This document shows, in pieces, positions 33,661 through 43,800 of a stretch of 64,000 nt of DNA. Position numbers and translations under genes: made by a program. This DNA is from Rebecca billardiae RCC1528 (lineage: Eukaryota > Protista > Haptophyta), in NCBI GenBank assembly GCA_965240325.2, contig OZ251247.1, positions 124,001 to 188,000 on the forward strand. The letters run 5' to 3'. The notes under the pieces are model-generated. The model was given only the letters and a program-made list of their open reading frames with translations, ran no database searches and was not told the origin of the DNA. The first letter of the stretch is position 1, and every line of letters begins with the position of its first letter.

Positions 33661-35122
33661 CGCACCAGCTGACACGAGCACGCCACGCCGCCTCGACGCA
33701 CGTGGGCGTGGCAATCCGCTGGGTGGGCTCGTCTTGCTCGGCCGCGCTCATGCCGAGGCCGAGCGCAGCCGAGCGCTCACCGCACGCGTACACGCTGCCG
33801 TCCGCACTCACAAAGAGCGAGTGGAAGTCGCCCATGGCACAGCGCACCACGCGCGCTTGGGCGAGCGCGCCAGCACGCGCGGGCAGCGACCATTCGCCAG
33901 CGCCATCTTGCCCTAGCTGGCCGTACGCGTTGTCCCCAAACGTGTGCACGCTGCCGTCTGCGCCCAGCACCGCGCTGCTGAGTACGCCAGCGCGCGCGTG
34001 CACGATGCGCACAGCGGCGAGGGCGTCAAGCCGCCTCGGCGTGCGCTGCTCGTGCGTGTCGCCGTGCCCCAGCCTGCCCTCCCCGCCGTGCCCAAACGAG
34101 TATACCGCCCCCTCGCTGTCCACCACCAGGCTGTGCCAGCGACCCGCGCTCACGTGCACGGCGCGCACGCCCGCGAGCGCCTCGATGCGCCTCGGCGTGT
34201 GCTGAACCTGCTTGTCGCCGTTGCCCAGCGTGCCGTGGTCGCCATTGCCACACGAGTAGACGGCACCGCGCGCAGATAGGAACAGCGTGTGAGCATACGC
34301 ACCGGCCACTCCGGCAACGCGCACGCCGCCCAGCGCCTCGATGCGCGTCGGCTCCCACCGGTCCTTCGTGTCGCCGTGGCCGAGCTGGCCGTCTAAGTTG
34401 CGGCCCCAGCTGTATGCGCAGCCCGCGGCGGTGAGCGCCAGGCTGTGGTCGTTGCCGGCCGAGATGCCCACGACCACGGCGTCGGCCAGCGCAACGACCG
34501 GAGCGAACGAGAACCGCATCTCCTTGTCGCCCAGCCCGAGATGGCCGTGGTCGTTGTAGCCGCAGCCGTACACGGCGCCGGCATCGCTCAGCGCGAGCAG
34601 GTGGCCATACCCAGCGGCCACCGCGACCACGCGCACTGCGCTGACGGAGGCGACGCGCGTCGGCACGCACACTTCCAGCACGCCCGACTGGCCAGTAGCC
34701 ACGTGTGCTCGATACTTAACCCTCGGCCCGTCCTCGTCCCACCCCAGCTGCTCGCCGCACGTGTGCAGCCCGCCCTCCGCGTCCACAAACGCGCTGAAGT
34801 CCTGGCCGGCCGCAACCGAGGATGCGTGCGCGCATGCGAGCTCGAGGACACCCTCGCGCACGAACAGCTCCTCTGTCCACGTGCGCACGCCCGAGGGCAG
34901 CGCCGCCGGCAGCGTGCGCTCGTGCCCACGCGCGCGCGCGCGCTCGCGCAGCGCGCGCTCGACTGGCGAGCACCCGCCGGGCGGCGCGGCGTGGAGGAGG
35001 CGCGCGGTGGCGTTCAGGCTGGCGAGGTCGCGCGGCGGCAGGAGTGAGAGGATGCGGTCAAGCACCTCTGACGGCAGGTCGTCGAGCGCGAGGGGCGGCG
35101 TGCGCGTCCGTGCCGTGGCCAT
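33389..35122 (-). CDS. F-box + RCC1-repeat protein FR14 with an LTR-derived C-terminal extension
   Basis: 577-aa ORF. The normal stop TGA has become TGG, and about 90 codons are read from the adjacent LTR. Confidence 0.85.
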   Translation of the reverse strand: MATARTRTPPLALDDLPSEVLDRILSLLPPRDLASLNATARLLHAAPPGGCSPVERALRERARARGHERTLPAALPSGVRTWTEELFVREGVLELACAHASSVAAGQDFSAFVDAEGGLHTCGEQLGWDEDGPRVKYRAHVATGQSGVLEVCVPTRVASVSAVRVVAVAAGYGHLLALSDAGAVYGCGYNDHGHLGLGDKEMRFSFAPVVALADAVVVGISAGNDHSLALTAAGCAYSWGRNLDGQLGHGDTKDRWEPTRIEALGGVRVAGVAGAYAHTLFLSARGAVYSCGNGDHGTLGNGDKQVQHTPRRIEALAGVRAVHVSAGRWHSLVVDSEGAVYSFGHGGEGRLGHGDTHEQRTPRRLDALAAVRIVHARAGVLSSAVLGADGSVHTFGDNAYGQLGQDGAGEWSLPARAGALAQARVVRCAMGDFHSLFVSADGSVYACGERSAALGLGMSAAEQDEPTQRIATPTCVEAAWRARVSWCVLSVWAPVLGDTVPQESRVSFRRIYPTPYVPAEARSGTFSASPAEPQTPWEFGAASDPSSDDVTPSASPLRGGPSPAWSLPVDPYRPHAR

Positions 35123-36019
35123 CGAGCCGAGCGCGAGAGAAGACGAGGGGAAGGGCCGAGCGGAGGCGTGCGCTGCGGAGGACAGAGCCTGGACAGTCCG
35201 ACAGTGGCAAACCGTCTCCAGTCACAGCGAGGGTGCTGAGCTGCGTCAGCTCCTGGCCACTGCCAGCAAGGTGAAGGTTGGTACTGTCACTTGTCAGTTC
35301 CTGCTGACGCCGGCTGACTACGCGCATTGATGCCGCATGTCACTGCTACTGCGCTCGTCTGCGACTTGTGAGCAGTGTCCGGCGCAGTTGATCACTGGCG
35401 GGCCGGTCGTGAACACCGTTGGTAACACGGGGACGGCGTCCGCGGCAGAGCAGACCGGCCGCGCCTGAGTCGTCACCACTGCATGACTGAGTCAGCACTA
35501 GCCGACTAGGCCTAGCAGTGACGCGAGACGACCCGGATGATGAATGACGCCTGCATAGTGCATGGCTGGCTCTGGCCGACACCAGCTCGGCTGCTCACGG
35601 CACGCAGTCGGCACTGCGGCCGCGACTCCGACGGCCGCCGGACAGCGCTGCTCAGAGTGCACGTACACGCCGCACTGCGCATCGGACCCGGCAGTCCGGA
35701 CTCGGCGCCTGCAGGCAGGACTCAGCCGCGCGGCGCACGTGCCGTCGCGCCGGCTAGCCCACCGCCCCCCCTCCCACCCGCCCCCCGCCGGCAGGGCCCA
35801 GGGCGGCACGCGCGGCTGTCGTGCCGCAGCCCTCACCACCCGGAGACGCGCGCTGTTGCCCCCTCCGCGGCCAGTGCCGTGCGCACCCGTGCCGCGCCCA
35901 TTGCGCCCGGCGTGCAGCGGCACCCCCCCTCCTCCCCCCGCGCACCCCCACACTCCCCGCTGCAGGCAGGCCCGCAGCGGCTCCGGCTGCCGGCCCTCGC
36001 CCCTCGGATGCAGGCGGCG

Positions 36020-37465
36020 TCAGCAGACGCGCGCACGCCACGCCGTCTCGACGCACGCGGGCGTGTCGATCCGCTGGGCGGGCGCGTCTTGCTCGGCCTC
36101 GCTCATGCCGAGGCCGAGCGCAGCCGAGCGCTTGCCGCACGCGTACACGCTGCCGTCCGCACTCACAAACAGCGAGTGGGCGCCGCCTATGGCGCAGCGC
36201 ACCACACGAGCTTGGGCGAGCGCACCCACTCGTGCGGGGGTCTTGGAAGCCGCTTCCCCGCGCCACCCGAGCTGGCCGTACCAGTTGCGCCCGAACGTGT
36301 GCACGCTGCCGTCCGCGCCCAGCACCGCGCTGCTGCGATCGCCAGCGCACGCGCGCACGGCGCGCACAGCGGCGAGGGCGTCAATCCGCCTCGGCGTGGG
36401 CTGCTTGTGCGCGTCTCCGTGCCCCAGTCTGCCACCCCCGCCGTGCCCGAACGAGTACACCGCCCCGTCGCTGTCCACGACCAGGCTGTGCTCCCAGCCC
36501 GCGCTCACGTGCACGGCGCGCACGCCCGCAAGCGCCTCGATGCGCCTCGGCGTGTGCTGATCCTGCCAGTCGCCGTGGCCGAGCTTGCCAGAGGAGCCAT
36601 CGCCGCACGAGTACACGGCGCCGTGTGCAGAGAGCATTAGCGTGTAAGAGAACCCAGCTGCCAGCCCGCCCACGCGCACGCCGTCCAGCGCCTCGATGCG
36701 CGTCGGCTCCCACCGCTCCTCCGTGTCGCCGTGGCCGAGCTGGCCGTTGCAGTTGTCGCCCCAGCTGTACGCGCACCCGGCGGCGGTGAGCGCGAGGCTG
36801 TGGGACCCGCCAGCGGCGATGCCGACGATGAGCTCGCTCGCGGGTAGCATGACGCGTGCGAACGACCGCCGCTCCTCCGTGTCCCCCAGCCCCAGCTCGC
36901 CGCACCAGTTGTCGCCGCAGCCGTACACGGCGCCGGCCTCGCTCAGCGCGAGCAGGTGGCCAATGCCAGCGGCCACGGAGCACACGCGCACCGCGCTGAG
37001 GGAGGCGACGTGCGTCGGCACGCGCGCCACCTGCATGCCCGAATGGCCAACAGCCATGTGCGCTTGATACAGCCAGCCGTCCTCGTCCAGCTCCTCGCCG
37101 CACGTGTGCAGCCCGCCCTCCGCGTCCACAAACGCGCTGAAGCCACCGCCGGCGGCCACGGGAGGCGAGTGCGCGCGTGCGAGCTCGAGCACGCGTTCGC
37201 GCAGGAACAGCTCACCGACCCACGTGCGCACGCCCGCGGGCAGCGACGCGGGCAGCGCGCGCTCGTGCCCACGCGCTCGCGCGCGCTCGCGCAGCGCGTG
37301 CTCGACCGGCGAGCACCCGCCGGGCGGCGCGGCGTGGAAGAGGCGCGCGGTGGCGTTCAGGCTGGCGAGGTCACGCGACGGCAGGGGTAAGATGATGCGG
37401 TCGAGCACCTCTGACGGCAGGCCGTTGAGCGCGGGGCGCGGGGCGTGCGTCCGTGCCGTGGCCAT
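36020..37465 (-). CDS. F-box + RCC1-repeat protein FR15 (clear mosaic)
   Basis: Start at 37465; F-box and RCC1 repeats. Confidence 0.9.
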   Translation of the reverse strand: MATARTHAPRPALNGLPSEVLDRIILPLPSRDLASLNATARLFHAAPPGGCSPVEHALRERARARGHERALPASLPAGVRTWVGELFLRERVLELARAHSPPVAAGGGFSAFVDAEGGLHTCGEELDEDGWLYQAHMAVGHSGMQVARVPTHVASLSAVRVCSVAAGIGHLLALSEAGAVYGCGDNWCGELGLGDTEERRSFARVMLPASELIVGIAAGGSHSLALTAAGCAYSWGDNCNGQLGHGDTEERWEPTRIEALDGVRVGGLAAGFSYTLMLSAHGAVYSCGDGSSGKLGHGDWQDQHTPRRIEALAGVRAVHVSAGWEHSLVVDSDGAVYSFGHGGGGRLGHGDAHKQPTPRRIDALAAVRAVRACAGDRSSAVLGADGSVHTFGRNWYGQLGWRGEAASKTPARVGALAQARVVRCAIGGAHSLFVSADGSVYACGKRSAALGLGMSEAEQDAPAQRIDTPACVETAWRARVC

Positions 37466-37582
37466 CGAGCCGAGCGCGCGAGAAGACGAGGGGAAGGGCC
37501 GAGCGGAGGCGTGCGCTGCGGAGGGCGTCCGACAGTGGCAAACCGTCTCCACTCCAAGTGAAAGTCACAGCGAGGGTGCTGA

Positions 37583-38606
37583 GGGTCGTTCTTCCGAGCC
37601 CCCGCAAGCTCGCCCAGACGGGTATCTGTCCTGAAGCATTTGTCTAGGGTGGCTTACAAAAATGTTCGGGCTCAAAACGAGGGGCCGCGGGCGTTCTTGC
37701 GAGCATTTCCTTTCCGTTTTGGAGTTGCGCCGGTAGCTATTGAGATTGCGGGAGGATCGGCACCTGCTCGCCCAAGGGAGCCTAGGAGAAGCTCAGCGAG
37801 GGCAGCCCGCGACCCTAGCGTCCCTGTCGTGCACGTGCAGGCCCTTCTCGTGCGCATGATGTCGGCGAGGGGCGGCAGTCAGAGCGCCAACGCACACTTG
37901 ATCTGCAAAGAGAAGCTCGTGTGTGCAATGTAGGCAACCAGGTGTCCCACCGACCGACCGCGCAAGCGGGCGCCGACAGCCGAGCACGGTGGAGCTGGTC
38001 GCGTGTGCGCAGACAGCTAAGCGAGATGATATGAGGAGATTGTGGGCATGCCACGGTCGAGCCCTGCTCGTAAGTGTCTTCTGGAGACACGCACGACCGT
38101 GTGCATCGTGGCTGAGTCGAAATCTTCTACGAATTCAAACGCTCCGGGCGCAAGGCGCGACGAGTGCATTCTGCGCACGTCAGATCACACAACGGAGGCT
38201 TGCGCCGCACAAGCTGCGCTCAAGCACGCGAGCGCAGCCAGGCGTCACACGTGACTGGCCAGCCTCAACACCACCGCCGCCGAGCATACGAGCGCGCGCG
38301 CGAACGCGCCGGTCGTACTTGTCTCCGCCGACCGCCGCACGCACGCACGGCATGCTCTCGACCCTCTCGTGGGCCGATGTTGGAAGTCACAGAAGCTTCC
38401 GTCCTGCGATCTTTCGGGACGAGATAGTATGTGACGAAATTTGGCCGGGACCAAGTGTTGTTTGGATTTCCAACAACACTTGGTCCCGGCCAAGTTTCGT
38501 CATCATGGGGAGGCCTCCACGCCCCCGCGTTCGCAATAGGTCCTCATACAACAATGTTCGGGCTCGGGCTGGGGAAAAAGCGTGGGGGGGCTCGGAAGAA
38601 CGACCC
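37583..38606. mobile_element. PIF/Harbinger-type (Tourist-like) MITE, 1024 bp
   Basis: 21-bp perfect TIRs GGGTCGTTCTTCCGAGCCCCC, with a 3-bp TSD TGA at 37580-37582 and 38607-38609. Interrupts the conserved spacer. Confidence 0.85.
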
Positions 38607-39389
38607 TGAGCCAAGGGTAGTACCCTTGGCTGAGTGCGTCAGCTCCTGGCCACTGGCATCAGCAACTGAGCAAGGTTGGTACTGTCACTTATGTCAGTTC
38701 CTGCTGACGCCGGCTGACTACGCGCATTGATGCCGCAGCATATCACTGCTACTGCGCTCGTCTGCGACTTGTGAGCAGAGTGTCCGGCGCAGTTGATCAC
38801 TCTCAGGCGGGCCGGTCGTGAACACCGTTGGTGAACACGGGAACGGCGTCAGCGGCAGAGCAGACCGGCCGCGCCTGAGTCGCCACTGCTGAGACGACCC
38901 GGATGATGAATGACGCCTGCATAGTGCATGGCTGCTGGCTCTGGCCGACACCAGCTCGGCTGCTCACTGCACGCAGTCGGCACTGCGGCCGCGACTCCGA
39001 CGGCCGCCGGGCAGCGCTGCTCAGAGTGCACGCGTACACGCCGCACTGCGCATCGGACTCGGCAGTCCGGACTCGGCGCCTGCAGGCAGGACTCAGCCGC
39101 GCGGCGCACGTGCCGTCGCGCCGGCTAGACCCCCGCCCCCCCCTTCCCCCCGCCCCCCGCCGGCCGGGCCCAGGGCGGCACGCGCGGCTGCAGTGCCGCA
39201 GCCCTCACCGCCCGGAGACGCGCGCTGTTGCCCCCTCCGCGGCCAGTGCCGTGCGCACCCGTGCCGCGCCCAGTGCGCCCGGCGTGCAGCGGCACCTCCC
39301 CTCCTCCCCCCGCACCCCCACACTCCCCGCTGCAGGCAGGCGCGCAGCGGCTCCGGCTGCCGGCCCTCGCCCCTCGGAGGCAGGCGGCG

Positions 39390-40838
39390 TCAGCAGACGC
39401 GCGCACGCCACGCCATCTCGACGCACGTGGGCTTGGCAATCGACGAGCGCTCGGCCAAGCTCATGCCGAGGCCGAGCGCAGCCGAGCGCTTGCCGCACGC
39501 GTACACGCTGCCGTCCGCACTCACAAACAGCGAGTGGGCATCGCCCATGGCACAGTGCACCACGCGAGCTTGGGCGAGGACGCCCCGTCGTGTGCGGGTA
39601 TTGGGAGCTGCTTTCCTGCGCCGCCCGAGCGGGCCGTGCCCGTTGTCCCCGAACGTGTGCACGCTGCCGTCCGCGCCCACCACCGCGCTGCTGCCAGAGC
39701 CGGCGCACGCGCGCACGGCGCGCACACCCGCGATGGTGTCAATCCGCCTCGGTGTGGGCTGCGTGTGCGTGTCTCCGTGCCCCAGCCTGCCATCCGCGCC
39801 GTGCCCAAACGAGTACACCACCCCGTTGCTGTCCACCACCAGGCTGTGCATATAGCCCGCGCTCACGTGCACGGCGCGCACGCCCGCGAGCGCCTCGATG
39901 CGCCTCGGCGTGAGCTGATCCTCCTCACCGCCGTGGCCGAGCTGGCCCATGTAGCCATGGCCGCACGAGTAGACGGCGCCGTGCGCCGAGAGCAGTAGCG
40001 TGTGGAATGCGCCCGCGGCGACGCCGCCCACGCGCACGCCGTCCAGCGCCTCGATGCGCGTCGGCTCCCACCGGTCCTCCTTGTCGCCGTGGCCGAGCTG
40101 GCCGTCCCCGTTCCAGCCCCAGCTGTACGCGCACCCAACGGCGCTGAGCGCGAGGCTGTGGTAGGTGCCAGCGGCGATGCCCACCACCACGACGCCAGCG
40201 AGCGCCACGATCGGCTCAAGCTCGCGCCGCTCCTCCGCGTCCCCCAGCCCCAGCTGGCCCCTGCTGTTGTGGCCGCAGCCGTACACGGCGCCGGCCTCGC
40301 TCAGCGCGAGCAGGTGCTCGCCGGCGGCCACCGCAGCTACGCGCACCGCGCTGAGGGAGGTGACGCGCGTCGGCACGCGCACTGCCGGCGCATCGCGGTG
40401 GCCGGTTGCCGCTCGCGCAATATACTCGCCCGTCAGTCGCCTGGTGTCCTCGTCCTCCGCCTTCTCCTCGCCGCACGTGTGCAGCCCGCCCTCCGCGTCC
40501 ACAAACGCGCTGAACTCAGCGCCTGCCGAGACCGGGGATGCGTGCGCGCGTGCGAGCTTGTGAAGGCACTCGCGCAGGAACAGCTCCTCTGCCCACGTGC
40601 GCACGCCCGAGGGCAGCGCCGCCGGCAGCGCGCGCTCGTGCCCCCGCGCGCGTGCACGCTCGCGCAGCGCGCGCTCGACCGCCGAGCGCCCGCCGGGCGG
40701 CGCGGCGTGGAAGACGCGCGCGGTGGCGTTCAGGCTGGCGAGATCGCGCAGCCGCAGGAGTGACGTGATGCGGTCGAGCACCTCTGACGGCAGGTCGTCG
40801 AACCCGGGGCGCGGTGCGTGCGTCCGTGCCGTGGCCAT
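39390..40838 (-). CDS. F-box + RCC1-repeat protein FR16
   Basis: Start at 40838; F-box and RCC1 repeats; short in-frame deletions. Confidence 0.9.
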   Translation of the reverse strand: MATARTHAPRPGFDDLPSEVLDRITSLLRLRDLASLNATARVFHAAPPGGRSAVERALRERARARGHERALPAALPSGVRTWAEELFLRECLHKLARAHASPVSAGAEFSAFVDAEGGLHTCGEEKAEDEDTRRLTGEYIARAATGHRDAPAVRVPTRVTSLSAVRVAAVAAGEHLLALSEAGAVYGCGHNSRGQLGLGDAEERRELEPIVALAGVVVVGIAAGTYHSLALSAVGCAYSWGWNGDGQLGHGDKEDRWEPTRIEALDGVRVGGVAAGAFHTLLLSAHGAVYSCGHGYMGQLGHGGEEDQLTPRRIEALAGVRAVHVSAGYMHSLVVDSNGVVYSFGHGADGRLGHGDTHTQPTPRRIDTIAGVRAVRACAGSGSSAVVGADGSVHTFGDNGHGPLGRRRKAAPNTRTRRGVLAQARVVHCAMGDAHSLFVSADGSVYACGKRSAALGLGMSLAERSSIAKPTCVEMAWRARVC

Positions 40839-40916
40839 CGAGTCGAGCGCGAGAGAGGAGGAGGGCTGATGAGTTGAGGTGAGGAACCGGCAGGGGTGGA
40901 CAGGGCAAGACAGGGC

Positions 40917-41600
40917 CAGGGATGGCACAAGCGATTCGCCGAATTGCCAAATGCCAGCCAATTCGCCGAATTCGCCGATTCGCGAGAACGCTGGGCGCGT
41001 TCGGCGAAAGTGATGGCGAAAATAATGCCCGCCCGATCCGGGCGGTACCACTCGAGACCCCTCATTGGGAACGGATAACTCGACGGGTGGGCGCGGGCAA
41101 AGGTGGCTCGATGGCCGCATCCCGACGCATGGACGTGTTCTCCTCGTCGTGCTCGACACGGCAATACCGGTCTCGCCGCCGCCGGATGTCCCGTTGGAGA
41201 GCGCCGTGCGCTTGACGGAGGGCAGGTTTTGCAGGTGTCCGCCAGTGCTGACCCCTCATTGGGAACGCTCGCGCACGCGCGCGCACTGTGAGCACCACTG
41301 CGGCCGACAGTGTTGCACAGGTTTGAGGAGCGGTTCACTGCGTGGGACCGCTCGAGGTGAGGGCATGGGCAATGGGGGGTGTAGAACTCTTCCCAAATGC
41401 GAGATGTGGGCATGCCTCTGCATCTCGCAACGCAGTGGTGTCACCCGGCGCGCGCTTGCCCTTGGTACGGCACGCGGATGAAGCGGTCGGCTGCATCGTC
41501 GTGCTCGTGTTTGACACGTGAGATCGCGCTGCTCTCCAGACGACGTCGGTGCAGTCTTCAACCCACTGACTTGACTATGGCATCGCCGCTGGTTGGCGCC
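40917..41600. mobile_element. Truncated hAT-like element end upstream of FR16 (right boundary uncertain)
   Basis: Begins CAGGGATGGCA (Ac-like terminus) where spacer homology stops. ATTCGCCGA subterminal repeats at 40934-40978 and an 18-bp direct repeat at 41056/41250. Opposite TIR not found. Confidence 0.5.
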
Positions 41601-42233
41601 CAGCGCCGTCTGATGAGAGCCCCCAAATCCGAGTATCATTACCGCAAGTGCTGCCGTATTAGTCTGCTGCTTCGGATACTGCTCGCCTGTAGTGACTTGT
41701 GAGCAGCGTCCGGCGCGCGGTTTCAGATCATAGGCGGGCCGGCCGTGAACGCCTACTACCGTTGGTAACACGGGGACGGCGTCCGCGGCACGGAGCAGAC
41801 AGGCCGCGCCGCCTGAACTCGTCGCCACTGATGATGCGCGCTGTCATCTGAATCTGATGATGAGCCCGGACCCGCGGAATCACCCGGTGACGACCCGGAT
41901 GACTATGCTGCTAGTCGGACGACGCCTGCATATAGTCGGCATAATGGCGGCTATGCGCGGCTTATCTTATGGCCGATAACCCGCTAGGCTGCTCACGGCA
42001 CGCAATCGGCACTGCGGCCGCGACTCCGACGGCCGCCGGGCAGCGCTGCTCAGAGTGCACGCGTACACGCCGCACTGCGCCCCGGACTCGGCAGTCCGGA
42101 CTCCGCGCCTGCAGGCAGGACTCAGCCGGCCAGCCCCCGTCCCCTCCGGCCCCGCGCACCTCGACACTCCCCGCCTCAGGCAGGCCCGCAGCGGCTCCGG
42201 CTGCCTGCCCTCGCCCCTCGGAGGCAGGCGGCG

Positions 42234-43697
42234 TCAGCAGACGCGCGCACGCCACGCCGTCTCGACGCACGCGGGCGTGTCAGTACGCCGGGTGGGCTCG
42301 TCTTGCTCGGCCGCGCTCATGCCGAGGCCGAGCGCAGCCGAGCGCTTGCCGCACGCGTGCACGCTGCCGTCCGCACTCACAAACAGCGAGTGGGAGTCGC
42401 CCATGGCACAGTGCACTGCGCGATCTTGGGCAAGGGCAGGCGCTCGCGTGGGCGCTTTGACGTCCGCCTCTCCGTGCCCCAGCCCGAGCTGGCCGTCCTC
42501 GTTGCACCCGAACGTGTGCACGCTGCCGTCCGCGCCCAGCACCGCGCTGCTGCCCAGACCAGCGCACGCGCGCACGGCGCGCACACCAGCGAGCGCCTTG
42601 ACGCGCTTGGGCTTGCGCCGACCGACAGTGTCGCCGTGCCCGAGATTGCCTCCCGATTCACATCCAAACGAGTGCACCGCCCCCTCGGCGTCCGCCACCA
42701 GGCTGTGCGCGTAGCCCGCGCTCACGTGCACGGCGCGCACGCCCGCGAGCGCCTCGATGCGCCTCGGCGTGTGCTGAGACTGCCGGTCGCCGTGGCCGAG
42801 CTGGCCCACGTAGCCATGGCCGCACGAGTAGACGGCGCCGTGCGCCGAGAGCAGTAGCGTGTGGAATGCGCCCGCGGCGACGCCGCCCACGCGCACGCCG
42901 TCCAGCGCCTCGATGCGCGTCGGCTCCCGCCGCTTCTTCGTGTCGCCGTGGCCGAGCTGGCCGTCGTCGTTGAAGCCCCAGCTGTACGCACACCCAGCGG
43001 CGGTGAGCGCGAGGCTGTGGTCGTCGCCAGCGGCGATGCCCACCACCACGACGCCAGCGAGCGCCACGATCGGCTCAAACTCGCGCCGCTCCTCCGCGTC
43101 CCCCAGCCCGAGCTGGCCGTACCTGTTGTTGCCGCAGCCGTACACAGCGCCGGCCTCGCTCAGCGCGAGCAGGTGGCAGCTGCCAGCGGCCACCGCGACC
43201 ACCCGCACCGCACTGAGGGAGGCGACGCGCGTCGGCACGCGCACTGCCGGCGCATCGTGGTGGCCGGCTGCAAAGTGCGCTCGATACTCGCCCGTCAGAC
43301 GTCGGAGCTCGTCCCGCACCTCCTCCTCGCCGCACGTGTGCAGCCCGCCCTCCGCGTCCACAAACGCGCTGAAGTCAAAGCCGCACGCGACAGGGGATGC
43401 GTGCGCGCGTGCGAGCTTGTGAAGGCGCTCGCGCAGGAACAGCGCCTCTGCCCACGTGCGCACGCCCGAGGGCAGCGCCGCCAGCAGCGCGCGCTCGTGC
43501 CCCCGCGCGCGTGCACGCTCGCGCAGCGCGCGCTCGACCGCCGAGCGCCCGCCGGGCGGCGCGGCGTGGAAGACGCGCGCGGTGGCGTTCAGGCTGGCGA
43601 GATCACGCAGCCGCAGGAGTGACGTGATGCGGTCGAGCACCTCTGACGGCAGGTCGTCGAACCCGGGGCGCGGTGCGTGCGTCCGTGCCGTGGCCAT
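42234..43697 (-). CDS. F-box + RCC1-repeat protein FR17
   Basis: 487-aa ORF; N-terminal third nearly identical to FR12. Confidence 0.9.
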   Translation of the reverse strand: MATARTHAPRPGFDDLPSEVLDRITSLLRLRDLASLNATARVFHAAPPGGRSAVERALRERARARGHERALLAALPSGVRTWAEALFLRERLHKLARAHASPVACGFDFSAFVDAEGGLHTCGEEEVRDELRRLTGEYRAHFAAGHHDAPAVRVPTRVASLSAVRVVAVAAGSCHLLALSEAGAVYGCGNNRYGQLGLGDAEERREFEPIVALAGVVVVGIAAGDDHSLALTAAGCAYSWGFNDDGQLGHGDTKKRREPTRIEALDGVRVGGVAAGAFHTLLLSAHGAVYSCGHGYVGQLGHGDRQSQHTPRRIEALAGVRAVHVSAGYAHSLVADAEGAVHSFGCESGGNLGHGDTVGRRKPKRVKALAGVRAVRACAGLGSSAVLGADGSVHTFGCNEDGQLGLGHGEADVKAPTRAPALAQDRAVHCAMGDSHSLFVSADGSVHACGKRSAALGLGMSAAEQDEPTRRTDTPACVETAWRARVC

Positions 43698-43800
43698 CGA
43701 GTCGAGCGCGAGAGAGGAGGAGGGCTGCCGATGAGTTGAGGTGAGGAACCGGCAGGAGGGTGGAGGACTGGTGGACAGGGCAAGACAAGGGCACCCGGCC

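Noticed and set aside
8807-42233. CRISPR-like array
   Set aside because: The repeats are kb-scale gene units in a eukaryote. There is no short repeat-spacer periodicity and no cas gene.
2058-43734. Numerous long + strand ORFs overlapping the F-box genes (e.g. 4547-6235, 26765-28600)
   Set aside because: These are antisense or alternate-frame shadows caused by very high GC and stop-codon scarcity. They are Arg/Ala/Pro-rich with no recognisable domains.
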